Part shown: in pieces, positions 38,850 through 53,800 of the stretch
Position numbering within the stretch: position 1 is the first letter of the stretch
Layout: the number at the start of each line of letters is the position of its first letter
Source: Eledone cirrhosa
Taxonomy: Eukaryota
Direction of reading: 5' to 3'
Assembly: GCA_964016885.1 (NCBI GenBank)
Contig: OZ024741.1
Coordinates: forward strand, 391,592,001 to 391,656,000
Length of the DNA: 64,000 nucleotides
Made by a program: the position numbers and the translations under genes
The notes under the pieces: generated by a model
Told to the model about the DNA's origin: nothing
Seen by the model: only the letters and a program-made list of their open reading frames with translations
Database searches by the model: none

Positions 38850-41800
38850 TAACAGCTAACTGGTCAAAACCAACTATTCAATAATCTAGCTACTAACAGT
38901 TAACTGGTCAAACCCAACTATTCAATGACCTAGTTACTAACAGCTAACTGGTCAAACCCAACTATTCAATGACCTAGTTACTAACAGTTAACTGGTCAAA
39001 CCCAACTATTCAATGACCTAGTTACTAACAGCTAACTGGTCAAACCCAACTATTCAATGACCTAGTTACTAACAGTTAACTGGTCAAACCCAACTATTCA
39101 ATGATCTAGTTACTAACAGTTAACTGGTCAAACCCAACTATTCAATGACCTAGTTACTAACAGTTAACTGGTCAAACCCAACTATTCAATGACCTAGTTA
39201 CTAACAGTTAACTGGTCAAACCCAACTATTCAATGACCTAGTTACTAACAGTTAACTGGTCGAACTCAACTATTCAATGACCTAGTTACTAACAGTTAAC
39301 TGGTCAAACCCAACTATTCAATGACCTAGTTACTAACAGCTAACTGGTCAAACCCAACTATTTAATGACCTAGTTACTAACAGTTAACTGGTCAAAACCA
39401 ACTATTCAATGATCTAGTTACTAACAGTTAAATGGTCAAACTCAACTATTCAATGACCTAGTTACTAACAGCTAACTGGTCAAACCCAACTATTCAATGA
39501 CCTAGTTACTAACAGCTAACTGGTCAAACCCAACTATTCAATGATCTAGTTAATAACAGCTAACTGGTCAAACCCAACTATTCAATGACCTAGTTACTAA
39601 CAGCTAACTGGTCAAACCCAACTATTCAATGAGCTAGTTACTAACAGTTAACTGGTCAAACCCAACTATTCAATGACCTAGTTACTAACAGTTAACTGGT
39701 CAAACCCAACTATTCAATGATCTAGTTACTAACAGTTAACTGGTCAAACCCAACTATTCAATGACCTAGTTACTAACAGTTAACTGGTCAAACCCAACTA
39801 TTCAATGACCTAGTTACTAACAGTTAACTGGTCAAACCCAACTATTCAATGTTCTAGTTACTAACAGTTAACTGGTCAAACCAAACTATTCAATGACCTA
39901 GTTACTAACAGTTAACTGGTCAAACCCAACTATTCAATGACCTAGTTACTAACAGTTAACTGGTCAAACCCAACTATTCAATGTCCTAGTTACTAACAGT
40001 TAACTGGTCAAACCAAACTATTCAATGACCTAGTTACTAACAGTTAACTGGTCAAACCAAACTATTCAATGACCTAGTTACTAACAGTTAACTGGTCAAA
40101 CCCAACTATTCAATGATCTAGTTACTAACAGTTAACTGGTCAAATCCAACTATTCAATGACCTAGTTACTAACAGCTAACTGGTCAAACCCAACTATTCA
40201 ATGATCTAGTTACTAACAGCTAACTGGTCAAACCCAATTATTCAATGACCTAGTTACTAACAGTTAACTGGTCAAACCCAACTCTTCAATGATCTAGTTA
40301 CTAACAGCTAACTGGTCAAACCAAACTATTCAATGACCTAGTTACTAACAGCTAACTGGTCAAACTCAACTATTCAATGATCTAGTTACTAACAGTTAAC
40401 TGGTCAAACCCAACTATTTAATGACCTAGTTACTATCAGTTAACTGGTCAAACCCAACTATTCAATGACCTAGTTACTAACAGTTAACTGGTCAAACCCA
40501 ACTATTCAATGACCTAGTTACTAACAGTTAACTGGTCAAACCCAACTATTCAATGATCTAGTTACTAACAGCTAACTAGTCAAACCCAACTATTCAATGA
40601 CCTAGTTACTAACAGTTAACAGGTCAAACCCAACTATTCAATGATCTAGTTACTAACAGTTAACTGGTCAAACGTAACTATTCAATGATCTAGTTACTAA
40701 CAGTTAACTGGTCAAACCCAACTATTCAATGACCTAGTTACTAACAGTTAACTGGTCAAACCCAACTATTCAATGTTCTAGTTACTAACAGTTAACTGGT
40801 CAAACCCAACTATTCAATGATCTAGTTACTAACAGCTAACTGGTCAAACCTAACTATTCAATGACCTAGTTACTAACAGTTAACTGGTCAAACCCAACTC
40901 TTCAATGATCTAGTTACTAACAGCTAACTGGTCAAACCCAACTATTCAATGACCTAGTTACTAACAGTTAACTGGTCAAACCCAACTATTCAATGACCTA
41001 GTTACTAACAGTTAACTGGTCAAACCCAACTATTCAATGACCTAGTTACTAACAGTTAACTGGTCAAACCCAACTATTCAATGACCTAGTTACTAACAGT
41101 TAACTGGTCAAACCCAACTATTCAATGACCTGGTTACAAACAGTTAACTGGTCAAAACCAACTATTCAATGATCTAGTTACTAACAGTTAAATGGTCAAA
41201 CCCAACTATTCAATGACCTAGTTACTAACAGCTAACTGGTCAAACCCAAATATTCAATGATCTAGTTAATAACAGCTAACTGGTCAAACCCAACTATTCA
41301 ATGACCTAGTTACTAACAGCTAACTGGTCAAACCCAACTATTCAATGATCTAGTTACTAACAGTTAACTGGTCAAACCAAACTATTCAATGACCTAGTTA
41401 CTATCAGTTAACTGGTCAACCCCAACTATTCAATGACCTAGTTACTAACAGTTAACTGGTCAAACCCGACTATTCAATGACCTAGTTACTAACAGTTAAC
41501 TGGTCAAACCCAACTATTCAATGATCTAATTACTAACAGCTAACTAGTCAAACCCAACTATTCAATGACCTAGTTACTAACATTTAACTGGTCAAACACA
41601 ACTATTCAATTACCTTGTTACTAACAGTTAACTGGTCAAACCCAACTATTCAATGACCTAGTTACTAACAGTTAACTGGTCATACCCAACTATTCAAAGT
41701 CCTAGTTACTAACAGTTAACTGGTCAAACCAAACTATTCAATGACCTAGTTACTAACAGTTAACTGGTCAAACCAAACTATTCAATGACCTAGTTACTAA

Positions 41801-44800
41801 CAGTTAACTGGTCAAACCCAACTATTCAATGATCTAGTTACTAACAGCTAACTGGTCAAACCCAACTATTCAATGACCTAGTTACTAACAGTTAACTGGT
41901 CAAACCCAACTATTCAATGATCAATGATCTAGTTACTAACAGTTAACTGGTCAAACCCAACTATTCAATGACCTAGTTACTAACAGTTAACTTGTCAAAC
42001 CCAACTATTCAATGACCTAGTTACTAACAGTTAACTGGTCAAACCAAACCATTCAATGACCTAGTTACTAACAGTTAACTGGTCAAACCCAACTCTTCAA
42101 TGATCTAGTTACTAACAGCTAACTGGTCAAACCCAACTATTCAATTACCTAGTTACTAACAGTTAACTGGTCAAACCCAACTATTCAATGACCTAGTTAC
42201 TAACAGTTAACTGGTCAAACCCAACTATTCAATTACCTAGTTACTAGCAGTTAACTGGTCAAACCCAACTATTCAATGATCTACTTACTAACAGCTAACT
42301 GGTCAAACCAAACTATTCAATGACCTAGTTACTAACAGTTAACTGGTCAAACCCAACTATTCAATGATCTAGTTACTAACAGCTAACTGGTCAAACCCAT
42401 CTATTCAATGACCTAGTTACTAACAGTTAACTGGTCAAAACAAACTATTCAATGACCTAGTTACTAACAGCTAACTGGTCAAACCCAACTATTCAATGAT
42501 CTAGTTACTAACAGTTAACTGGTCCAACCCAACTATTCAATGACCTAGTTACAATCAGTTAACTGGTCAAAACCAACTATTCAATGACCTAGTTACTAAC
42601 AGTTAACTGCTCAAACCCAACTATTCAATGACCTTGTTACTAACAGTTAACTGGTCAAACCCAACTATTCAATGATCTAGTTACTAACAGCTAACTAGTC
42701 AAACCCAACTATTCAATGACCTAGTTACTAACAGTTAACTGGTCAAACCCAACTATTCAATGACCTAGTTACTAACAGTTAACTGGTCAAACCCAACTAT
42801 TCAATGACCTAGTTACTAACAATTAACTGGTCAAACCCAACTATTCAATGTTCTAGTTACTAACAGTTAACTGGTCAAACCAAACTATTCAATGACCTAG
42901 TTACTAACAGTTAACTGGTCAAACCCAACTATTCAATGACCTAGTTACTAACAGTTAACTGGTCAAACCCAACTATTCAATGTCCTAGTTACTAACAGTT
43001 AACTGGTCAAACCAAACTATTCAATGACCTAGTTACTAACAGTTAACTGGTCAAACCCAACTATTCAATGATCTAGTTACAAACAGTTAACTGGTCAAAT
43101 CCAACTATTCAATGGTCTAGTTACTAACAGTTAACTGGTCAAACCCAACTATTCAATGACCTAGTTACTAACAGTTAACTGGTCAAACCCAACTATTCAA
43201 TGACCTAGTTACTAACAGTTAACTGGTCAAACCCAACTATTCAATGACCTAGTTACTAACAGTTAACTGGTCAAAACCAACTATTCAATGATCTAGTTAC
43301 TAACAGCTAACTACTCAAACCCAACTATTCAATGACCTAGTTACTAACAGTTAACTGGTCAAACCCAACTATTCAATGACCTAGTTACTAACAGTTAACT
43401 GGTCAAACCCAACTATTCAATGACCTAGTTACTAACAGTTAACTGGTCAAAACAAACTATTCAATGACCTAGTTACTAACAGCTAACTGGTCAAACCCAA
43501 CTGTTCAATGATCTAGTTACTAACAGTTAACTGGTCAAACCCAACTATTCAATGACCTAGTTACTATCAGTTAACTGGTCAAACCCAACTATTCAATGAC
43601 CTAGTTACTAACAGTTAACTGGTCAAACCCAACTATTCAATGACCTAGTTACTAACAGTTAACTGGTCAAACCCAACTATTCAATGATCTAGTTACTAAC
43701 AGCTAACTAGTCAAACCCAACTATTCAATGACCTAGTTACTAACAGTTAACTGGTCAAACCCAACTATTCAATGACCTAGTTACTAACAGTTAACTGGTC
43801 AAACCCAACTATTCAATGACCTAGTTACTAACAGTTAACTGGTCAAACCCAACTATTCAATGTTCTAGTTACTAACAGTTAGCTGGTCAAACCAATCTAT
43901 TCAATGACCTAGTTACTAACAGTTAACTGGTCAAACCCAACTATTCAATTACCTAGTTACTAACAGTTAACTGGTCAAACCCAACTATTCAATGTCCTAG
44001 TTACTAACAGTTAACTGGTCAAACCAAACTATTCAATGACCTAGTTACTAACAGTTAACTGGTCAAACCAAACTATTCAATGACCTAGTTACTAACAGTT
44101 AACTGGTCAAACCCAACTATTCAATGATCTAGTTACTAACAGTTAACTGGTCAAACGCAACTATTCAATGATCTAGTTACTAACAGTTAACTGGTCAAAC
44201 CCAACTATTCAATGACCTAGTTACTAACAGTTAACTGGTCAAACCCAACTATTCAATGACCTAGTTACTAACAGTTAACTTGTCAAACCAAACCATTCAA
44301 TGACCTAGTTACTAACAGTTAACTGGTCAAACCCAACTATTCAATGACCTAGTTACTAACAGTTAACTGGTCAAACCCAACTATTCAATGACCTAGTTAC
44401 TAACAGTTAACTGGTCAAACCAAACCTTTTAATGACCTAGTTACTAACAGTTAACTGGTCAAACCCAACTATTCAATGATCTAGTTACTAACAGTTAACT
44501 GGTCAAACCCAACTATTCAATGATCTAGTTACTAACAGTTAAATGGTCAAACCCAACTATTCAATGACCTAGTTACTGACAGCTAACTGGTCAAACCCAA
44601 CTATTCAATGATCTAGTTAATAACAGCTAACTGGTCAAACCCAACTATTCAATGACCTAGTTACTAACAGCTAACTGGTCAAACCCAACTATTCAATGAT
44701 CTAGTTACAAACAGTTAACTGGTCAAACCCAACTATTCAATGACCTAGTTACTATCAGTTAACTGGTCAACCCCAACTATTCAAGGACCTAGATACTAAG

Positions 44801-47800
44801 AGTTAACTGGTCAAACCCAACTATTCAATGACCTAGTTACTAACAGTTAACTGGTCAAACCCAACTATTCAATGATCTAATTACTAAGAGCTAACTAGTC
44901 AAACCCAACTATTCAATGACCTAGTTACTAACATTTAACTGGTCAAACACAACTATTCAATGACCTAGTTACTAACAGTTAACTGGTCAAACCCAACTAT
45001 TCAATGACCTAGTTACTAACAGTTAACTGGTCAAACCCAACGATTCAATGTCCTAGTTACTAACAGTTAACTGGTCAAACCAAACTATTCAATGACCTAG
45101 TTACTAACAGTTAACTGGTCAAACCCAACTATTCAATGATCTAGTTACTAACAGCTAACTGGTCAAACCCAACTATTCAATGACCTAGTTACTAACAGTT
45201 AACTGGTCAAACCCAACTATTCAATGATCAATGATCTAGTTACTAACAGTTAACTGGTCAAACCCAACTATTCAATGACCTAGTTACTAACAGTTAACTG
45301 GTCAAACCAAACCATTCAATGACCTAGTTACTAACAGTTAACTGGTCAAACCCAACTCTTTAATAATCTAGTTACTAACAGCTAACTGGTCAAACCCGAC
45401 TATTCAATGACCTAGTTACTAACAGTTAACTGGTCAAACCCAACTATTCAATGACCTAGTTACTAACAGTTAACTGGTCAAACCCAACTATTCAATTACC
45501 TAGTTACTAACAGTTAACTGGTCAAACCCAACTATTCAATGATCTACTTACTAACAGCTAACTGGTCAAACCAAACTATTCAATGACCTAGTTACTAACA
45601 GCTAACTGGTCAAACCCAACTATTCAATGATCTAGTTACTAACAGCTAACTAGTCAAACCCAACTATTCAATGACCTAGTTACTAACAGTTAACTGGTCA
45701 AACCCAACTATTCAATGACCTAGTTACTAACAGTTAACTGGTCAAACCCAACTATTCAATGACCTAGTTACTAACAATTAACTGGTCAAACCCAACTATT
45801 CAATGTTCTAGTTACTAACAGTTAACTGGTCAAACCAAACTATTCAATGACCTAGTTACTAACAGTTAACTGGTCAAACCCAACTATTCAATGACCTAGT
45901 TACTAACAGTTAACTGGTCAAACCCAACTATTCAATGTCCTAGTTACTAACAGTTAACTGGTCAAACCAAACTATTCAATGACCTAGTTACTAACAGTTA
46001 ACTGGTCAAACCCAACTATTCAATGATCTAGTTACAAACAGTTAACTGGTCAAATCCAACTATTCAATGGTCTAGTTACTAACAGTTAACTGGTCAAACC
46101 CAACTATTCAATGACCTAGTTACTAACAGTTAACTGGTCAAACCCAACTATTCAATGACCTAGTTACTAACAGTTAACTGGTCAAACCCAACTATTCAAT
46201 GACCTAGTTACTAACAGTTAACTGGTCAAAACCAACTATTCAATGATCTAGTTACTAACAGCTAACTACTCAAACCCAACTATTCAATGACCTAGTTACT
46301 AACAGTTAACTGGTCAAACCCAACTATTCAATGACCTAGTTACTAACAGTTAACTGGTCAAACCCAACTATTCAATGACCTAGTTACTAACAGTTAACTG
46401 GTCAAAACAAACTATTCAATGACCTAGTTACTAACAGCTAACTGGTCAAACCCAACTGTTCAATGATCTAGTTACTAACAGTTAACTGGTCAAACCCAAC
46501 TATTCAATGACCTAGTTACTATCAGTTAACTGGTCAAACCCAACTATTCAATGACCTAGTTACTAACAGTTAACTGGTCAAACCCAACTATTCAATGACC
46601 TAGTTACTAACAGTTAACTGGTCAAACCCAACTATTCAATGATCTAGTTACTAACAGCTAACTAGTCAAACCCAACTATTCAATGACCTAGTTACTAACA
46701 GTTAACTGGTCAAACCCAACTATTCAATGACCTAGTTACTAACAGTTAACTGGTCAAACCCAACTATTCAATGACCTAGTTACTAACAGTTAACTGGTCA
46801 AACCCAACTATTCAATGTTCTAGTTACTAACAGTTAGCTGGTCAAACCAATCTATTCAATGACCTAGTTACTAACAGTTAACTGGTCAAACCCAACTATT
46901 CAATTACCTAGTTACTAACAGTTAACTGGTCAAACCCAACTATTCAATGTCCTAGTTACTAACAGTTAACTGGTCAAACCAAACTATTCAATGACCTAGT
47001 TACTAACAGTTAACTGGTCAAACCAAACTATTCAATGACCTAGTTACTAACAGTTAACTGGTCAAACCCAACTATTCAATGATCTAGTTACTAACAGTTA
47101 ACTGGTCAAACGCAACTATTCAATGATCTAGTTACTAACAGTTAACTGGTCAAACCCAACTATTCAATGACCTAGTTACTAACAGTTAACTGGTCAAACC
47201 CAACTATTCAATGACCTAGTTACTAACAGTTAACTTGTCAAACCAAACCATTCAATGACCTAGTTACTAACAGTTAACTGGTCAAACCCAACTATTCAAT
47301 GACCTAGTTACTAACAGTTAACTGGTCAAACCCAACTATTCAATGACCTAGTTACTAACAGTTAACTGGTCAAACCAAACCTTTTAATGACCTAGTTACT
47401 AACAGTTAACTGGTCAAACCCAACTATTCAATGATCTAGTTACTAACAGTTAACTGGTCAAACCCAACTATTCAATGATCTAGTTACTAACAGTTAAATG
47501 GTCAAACCCAACTATTCAATGACCTAGTTACTGACAGCTAACTGGTCAAACCCAACTATTCAATGATCTAGTTAATAACAGCTAACTGGTCAAACCCAAC
47601 TATTCAATGACCTAGTTACTAACAGCTAACTGGTCAAACCCAACTATTCAATGATCTAGTTACAAACAGTTAACTGGTCAAACCCAACTATTCAATGACC
47701 TAGTTACTATCAGTTAACTGGTCAACCCCAACTATTCAAGGACCTAGATACTAAGAGTTAACTGGTCAAACCCAACTATTCAATGACCTAGTTACTAACA

Positions 47801-50800
47801 GTTAACTGGTCAAACCCAACTATTCAATGATCTAATTACTAAGAGCTAACTAGTCAAACCCAACTATTCAATGACCTAGTTACTAACATTTAACTGGTCA
47901 AACACAACTATTCAATGACCTAGTTACTAACAGTTAACTGGTCAAACCCAACTATTCAATGACCTAGTTACTAACAGTTAACTGGTCAAACCCAACGATT
48001 CAATGTCCTAGTTACTAACAGTTAACTGGTCAAACCAAACTATTCAATGACCTAGTTACTAACAGTTAACTGGTCAAACCCAACTATTCAATGATCTAGT
48101 TACTAACAGCTAACTGGTCAAACCCAACTATTCAATGACCTAGTTACTAACAGTTAACTGGTCAAACCCAACTATTCAATGATCAATGATCTAGTTACTA
48201 ACAGTTAACTGGTCAAACCCAACTATTCAATGACCTAGTTACTAACAGTTAACTGGTCAAACCAAACCATTCAATGACCTAGTTACTAACAGTTAACTGG
48301 TCAAACCCAACTCTTTAATAATCTAGTTACTAACAGCTAACTGGTCAAACCCGACTATTCAATGACCTAGTTACTAACAGTTAACTGGTCAAACCCAACT
48401 ATTCAATGACCTAGTTACTAACAGTTAACTGGTCAAACCCAACTATTCAATTACCTAGTTACTAACAGTTAACTGGTCAAACCCAACTATTCAATGATCT
48501 ACTTACTAACAGCTAACTGGTCAAACCAAACTATTCAATGACCTAGTTACTAACAGCTAACTGGTCAAACCCAACTATTCAATGACCTAGTTACTAACAG
48601 CTAAGTGGTCAAACCCAACTATTCAATGACCTAGTTACTAACAGTTAACTGGTCAAACCCAACTATTCAATGTTCTAGTTACTAACAGTTAACTGGTCAA
48701 ACCAATCTATTCAATGACCTAGTTACTAACAGTTAACTGGTCAAACCCAACTATTCAATTACCTAGTTACTAACAGTTAACTGGTCAAACCCAACTATTC
48801 AATGTCCTAGTTACTAACAGTTAACTGGTCAAACCAAACTATTCAATGACCTAGTTACTAACAGTTAACTGGTCAAACCAAACTATTCAATGACCTAGTT
48901 ACTAACAGTTAACTGGTCAAACCCAACTATTCAATGATCTAGTTACTAACAGTTAACTGGTCAAACGCAACTATTCAATGATCTAGTTACTAACAGTTAA
49001 CTGGTCAAACCCAACTATTCAATGACCTAGTTACTAACAGTTAACTGGTCAAACCCAACTATTCAATGACCTAGTTACTAACAGTTAACTTGTCAAACCA
49101 AACCATTCAATGACCTAGTTACTAACAGTTAACTGGTCAAACCCAACTATTCAATGACCTAGTTACTAACAGTTAACTGGTCAAACCCAACTATTCAATG
49201 ACCTAGTTACTAACAGTTAACTGGTCAAACCAAACCTTTTAATGACCTAGTTACTAACAGTTAACTGGTCAAACCCAACTATTCAATGATCTAGTTACTA
49301 ACAGTTAACTGGTCAAACCCAACTATTCAATGATCTAGTTACTAACAGTTAAATGGTCAAACCCAACTATTCAATGACCTAGTTACTGACAGCTAACTGG
49401 TCAAACCCAACTATTCAATGATCTAGTTAATAACAGCTAACTGGTCAAACCCAACTATTCAATGACCTAGTTACTAACAGCTAACTGGTCAAACCCAACT
49501 ATTCAATGATCTAGTTACAAACAGTTAACTGGTCAAACCCAACTATTCAATGACCTAGTTACTATCAGTTAACTGGTCAACCCCAACTATTCAAGGACCT
49601 AGATACTAAGAGTTAACTGGTCAAACCCAACTATTCAATGACCTAGTTACTAACAGTTAACTGGTCAAACCCAACTATTCAATGATCTAATTACTAAGAG
49701 CTAACTAGTCAAACCCAACTATTCAATGACCTAGTTACTAACATTTAACTGGTCAAACACAACTATTCAATGACCTAGTTACTAACAGTTAACTGGTCAA
49801 ACCCAACTATTCAATGACCTAGTTACTAACAGTTAACTGGTCAAACCCAACGATTCAATGTCCTAGTTACTAACAGTTAACTGGTCAAACCAAACTATTC
49901 AATGACCTAGTTACTAACAGTTAACTGGTCAAACCCAACTATTCAATGATCTAGTTACTAACAGCTAACTGGTCAAACCCAACTATTCAATGACCTAGTT
50001 ACTAACAGTTAACTGGTCAAACCCAACTATTCAATGATCAATGATCTAGTTACTAACAGTTAACTGGTCAAACCCAACTATTCAATGACCTAGTTACTAA
50101 CAGTTAACTGGTCAAACCAAACCATTCAATGACCTAGTTACTAACAGTTAACTGGTCAAACCCAACTCTTTAATAATCTAGTTACTAACAGCTAACTGGT
50201 CAAACCCGACTATTCAATGACCTAGTTACTAACAGTTAACTGGTCAAACCCAACTATTCAATGACCTAGTTACTAACAGTTAACTGGTCAAACCCAACTA
50301 TTCAATTACCTAGTTACTAACAGTTAACTGGTCAAACCCAACTATTCAATGATCTACTTACTAACAGCTAACTGGTCAAACCAAACTATTCAATGACCTA
50401 GTTACTAACAGCTAACTGGTCAAACCCAACTATTCAATGATCTAGTTACTAACAGCTAAGTGGTCAAACACAACTATTCAATGACCTAGTTACTAACAGT
50501 TAACTGGTCAAAACAAACTATTCAATGACCTAGTTACTAACAGCTAACTGGTCAAACCCAACTATTCAATGATCTAGTTACTAACAGTTAACTGGTCAAA
50601 CCCAACTATTCAATGACCTAGTTACTATCAGTTAACTGGTCAAAACCAACTATTCAATGACCTAGTTACTAACAGTTAACTGGTCAAACCCAACTATTCA
50701 ATGACCTAGTTACTAACAGTTAACTGGTCAAACCCAACTATTCAATGATCTAGTTACTAACAGCTAACTAGTCAAACCCAACTATTCAATGACCTAGTTA

Positions 50801-53800
50801 CTAACAGTTAACTGGTCAAACCCAACTATTCAATGACCTAGTTACTAACAGTTAACTGGTCAAACCCAACTATTCAATGACCTAGTTACTAACAATTAAC
50901 TGGTCAAACCCAACTATTCAATGTTCTAGTTACTAACAGTTAACTGGTCAAACCAAACTATTCAATGACCTAGTTACTAACAGTTAACTGGTCAAACCCA
51001 GCTATTCAATGACCTAGTTACTAACAGTTAACTGGTCAAACCCAACTATTCAATGTCCTAGTTACTAACAGTTAACTGGTCAAACCAAACCATTCAATGA
51101 CCTAGTTACTAACAGTTAACTGGTCAAACCCAACTATTCAATGACCTAGTTACTAACAGTTAACTGGTCAAACCCAACTATTCAATGATCTAGTTACTAA
51201 CAGTTAACTGGTCAAATCCAACTATTCAATGGTCTAGTTACTAACAGTTAACCGGTCAAACCCAACTATTCAATGACCTAGTTACTAACAGTTAACTGGT
51301 CAAACCCAACTATTCAATGACCTAGTTACTAACAATTAACTGGTCAAACCAAACCATTCAATGACCTAGTTACTAACAGTTAACTTGTCAAACCCAACTA
51401 TTCAATGACCTAGTTACTAACAGTTAGCTGGTCAAACCCAACTATTCAATGATCTAGTTACTAACAGCTAACTGGTCAAACCCAACTATTCAATGATCTA
51501 GTTACTAACAGCTAACTGGTCCAACCCAACTATTCAATGACCTAGTTACTAACAGTTAACTGGTCAAACCCAACTCTTCAATGATCTAGTTACTAACAGC
51601 TAACTGGTCAAACCAAACTATTCAATGACCTAGTTACTAACAGCTAACTGGTCAAACTCAACTATTCAATGATCTAGTTACTAACAGTTAACTGGTCAAA
51701 CCCAACTATTCAATGACCTAGTTACTATCAGTTAACTGGTCAAACCCAACTATTCAATGACCTAGTTACTAACAGTTAACTGGTCAAACCCAACTATTCA
51801 ATGACCTAGTTACTAACAGTTAACTGGTCAAACCCAACTATTCAATGATCTAGTTACTAACAGCTAACTAGTCAAACCCAACTATTCAATGATCTAGTTA
51901 CTAACAGTTAACTGGTCAAACCCAACTATTCAATGACCTAGTTACTAACAGTTAACTGGTCAAACCCATCTATTCAATGACCTAGTTACTAACAGTTAAC
52001 TGGTCAAACCCAACTATTCAATGTTCTAGTTACTAACAGTTAACTGGTCAAACCAAACTATTCAATGACCTAGTTACTAACAGTTAACTGGTCAAACCCA
52101 ACTATTCAATGACCTAGTTACTAACAGTTAACTGGTCAAACCCAACTATTCAATGTCCTAGTTACTAACAGTTAACTGGTCAAACCAAACTATTCAATGA
52201 CCTAGTTACTAACAGTTAACTGGTCAAACCAAACTATTCAATGACCTAGTTACTAACAGTTAACTGGTCAAACCCAACTATTCAATGACCTAGTTACTAA
52301 CAGTTAACTGGTCAAACCAAACCATTCAATGACATAGTTACTAACAGTTAACTGGTCAAACCCAACTATTCAATGACCTAGTTACTAACAGTTAACTGGT
52401 CAAACCCAACTATTCAATGACCTAGTTACTAACAGTTAACTGGTCAAACCAAACCATTCAATGACCTAGTTACTAACAGTTAACTGCTCAAACCCAACTA
52501 TTCAATGATCTAGTTACTAACAGTTAACTGGTCAAACCTAACTATTCAATGATCTAGTTACTAACAGCTAACTGGTCAAACCCAACTATTCAATGACCTA
52601 GTTACTAACAGTTAACTGGTCAAACCCAACTCTTCAATGATCTAGTTACTAACAGCTAACTGGTCAAACCCAACTATTCAATGACCTAGTTACTAACAGT
52701 TAACTGGTCAAACCCAACTATTCAATGACCTAGTTACTAACAGTTAACTGGTCAAACCAAACTATTCAATGACCTAGTTACTAACAGTTAACTGGTCAAA
52801 CCCAACTATTCAATGATCTAGTTACAAACAGTTAACTGGTCAAATCCAACTATTCAATGGTCTAGTTACTAACAGTTAACTGGTCAAACCCAACTATTCA
52901 ATGACCTAGTTACTAACAGTTAACTGGTCAAACCCAACTATTCAATGACCTAGTTACTAACAGTTAACTGGTCAAACCCAACTATTCAATGACCTAGTTA
53001 CTAACAGTTAACTGGTCAAAACCAACTATTCAATGATCTAGTTACTAACAGCTAACTAGTCAAACCCAACTATTCAATGACCTAGTTACTAACAGTTAAC
53101 TGGTCAAACCCAACTATTCAATGACCTAGTTACTAACAGTTAACTGGTCAAACCCAACTATTCAATGACCTAGTTACTAACAGTTAACTGGTCAAAACAA
53201 ACTATTCAATGACCTAGTTACTAACAGCTAACTGGTCAAACCCAACTGTTCAATGATCTAGTTACTAACAGTTAACTGGTCAAACCCAACTATTCAATGA
53301 CCTAGTTACTATCAGTTAACTGGTCAAACCCAACTATTCAATGACCTAGTTACTAACAGTTAACTGGTCAAACCCAACTATTCAATGACCTAGTTACTAA
53401 CAGTTAACTGGTCAAACCCAACTATTCAATGATCTAGTTACTAACAGCTAACTAGTCAAACCCAACTATTCAATGACCTAGTTACTAACAGTTAACTGGT
53501 CAAACCCAACTATTCAATGACCTAGTTACTAACAGTTAACTGGTCAAACCCAACTATTCAATGACCTAGTTACTAACAGTTAACTGGTCAAACCCAACTA
53601 TTCAATGTTCTAGTTACTAACAGTTAACTGGTCAAACCAATCTATTCAATGACCTAGTTACTAACAGTTAACTGGTCAAACCCAACTATTCAATTACCTA
53701 GTTACTAACAGTTAACTGGTCAAACCCAACTATTCAATGTCCTAGTTACTAACAGTTAACTGGTCAAACCAAACTATTCAATGACCTAGTTACTAACAGT

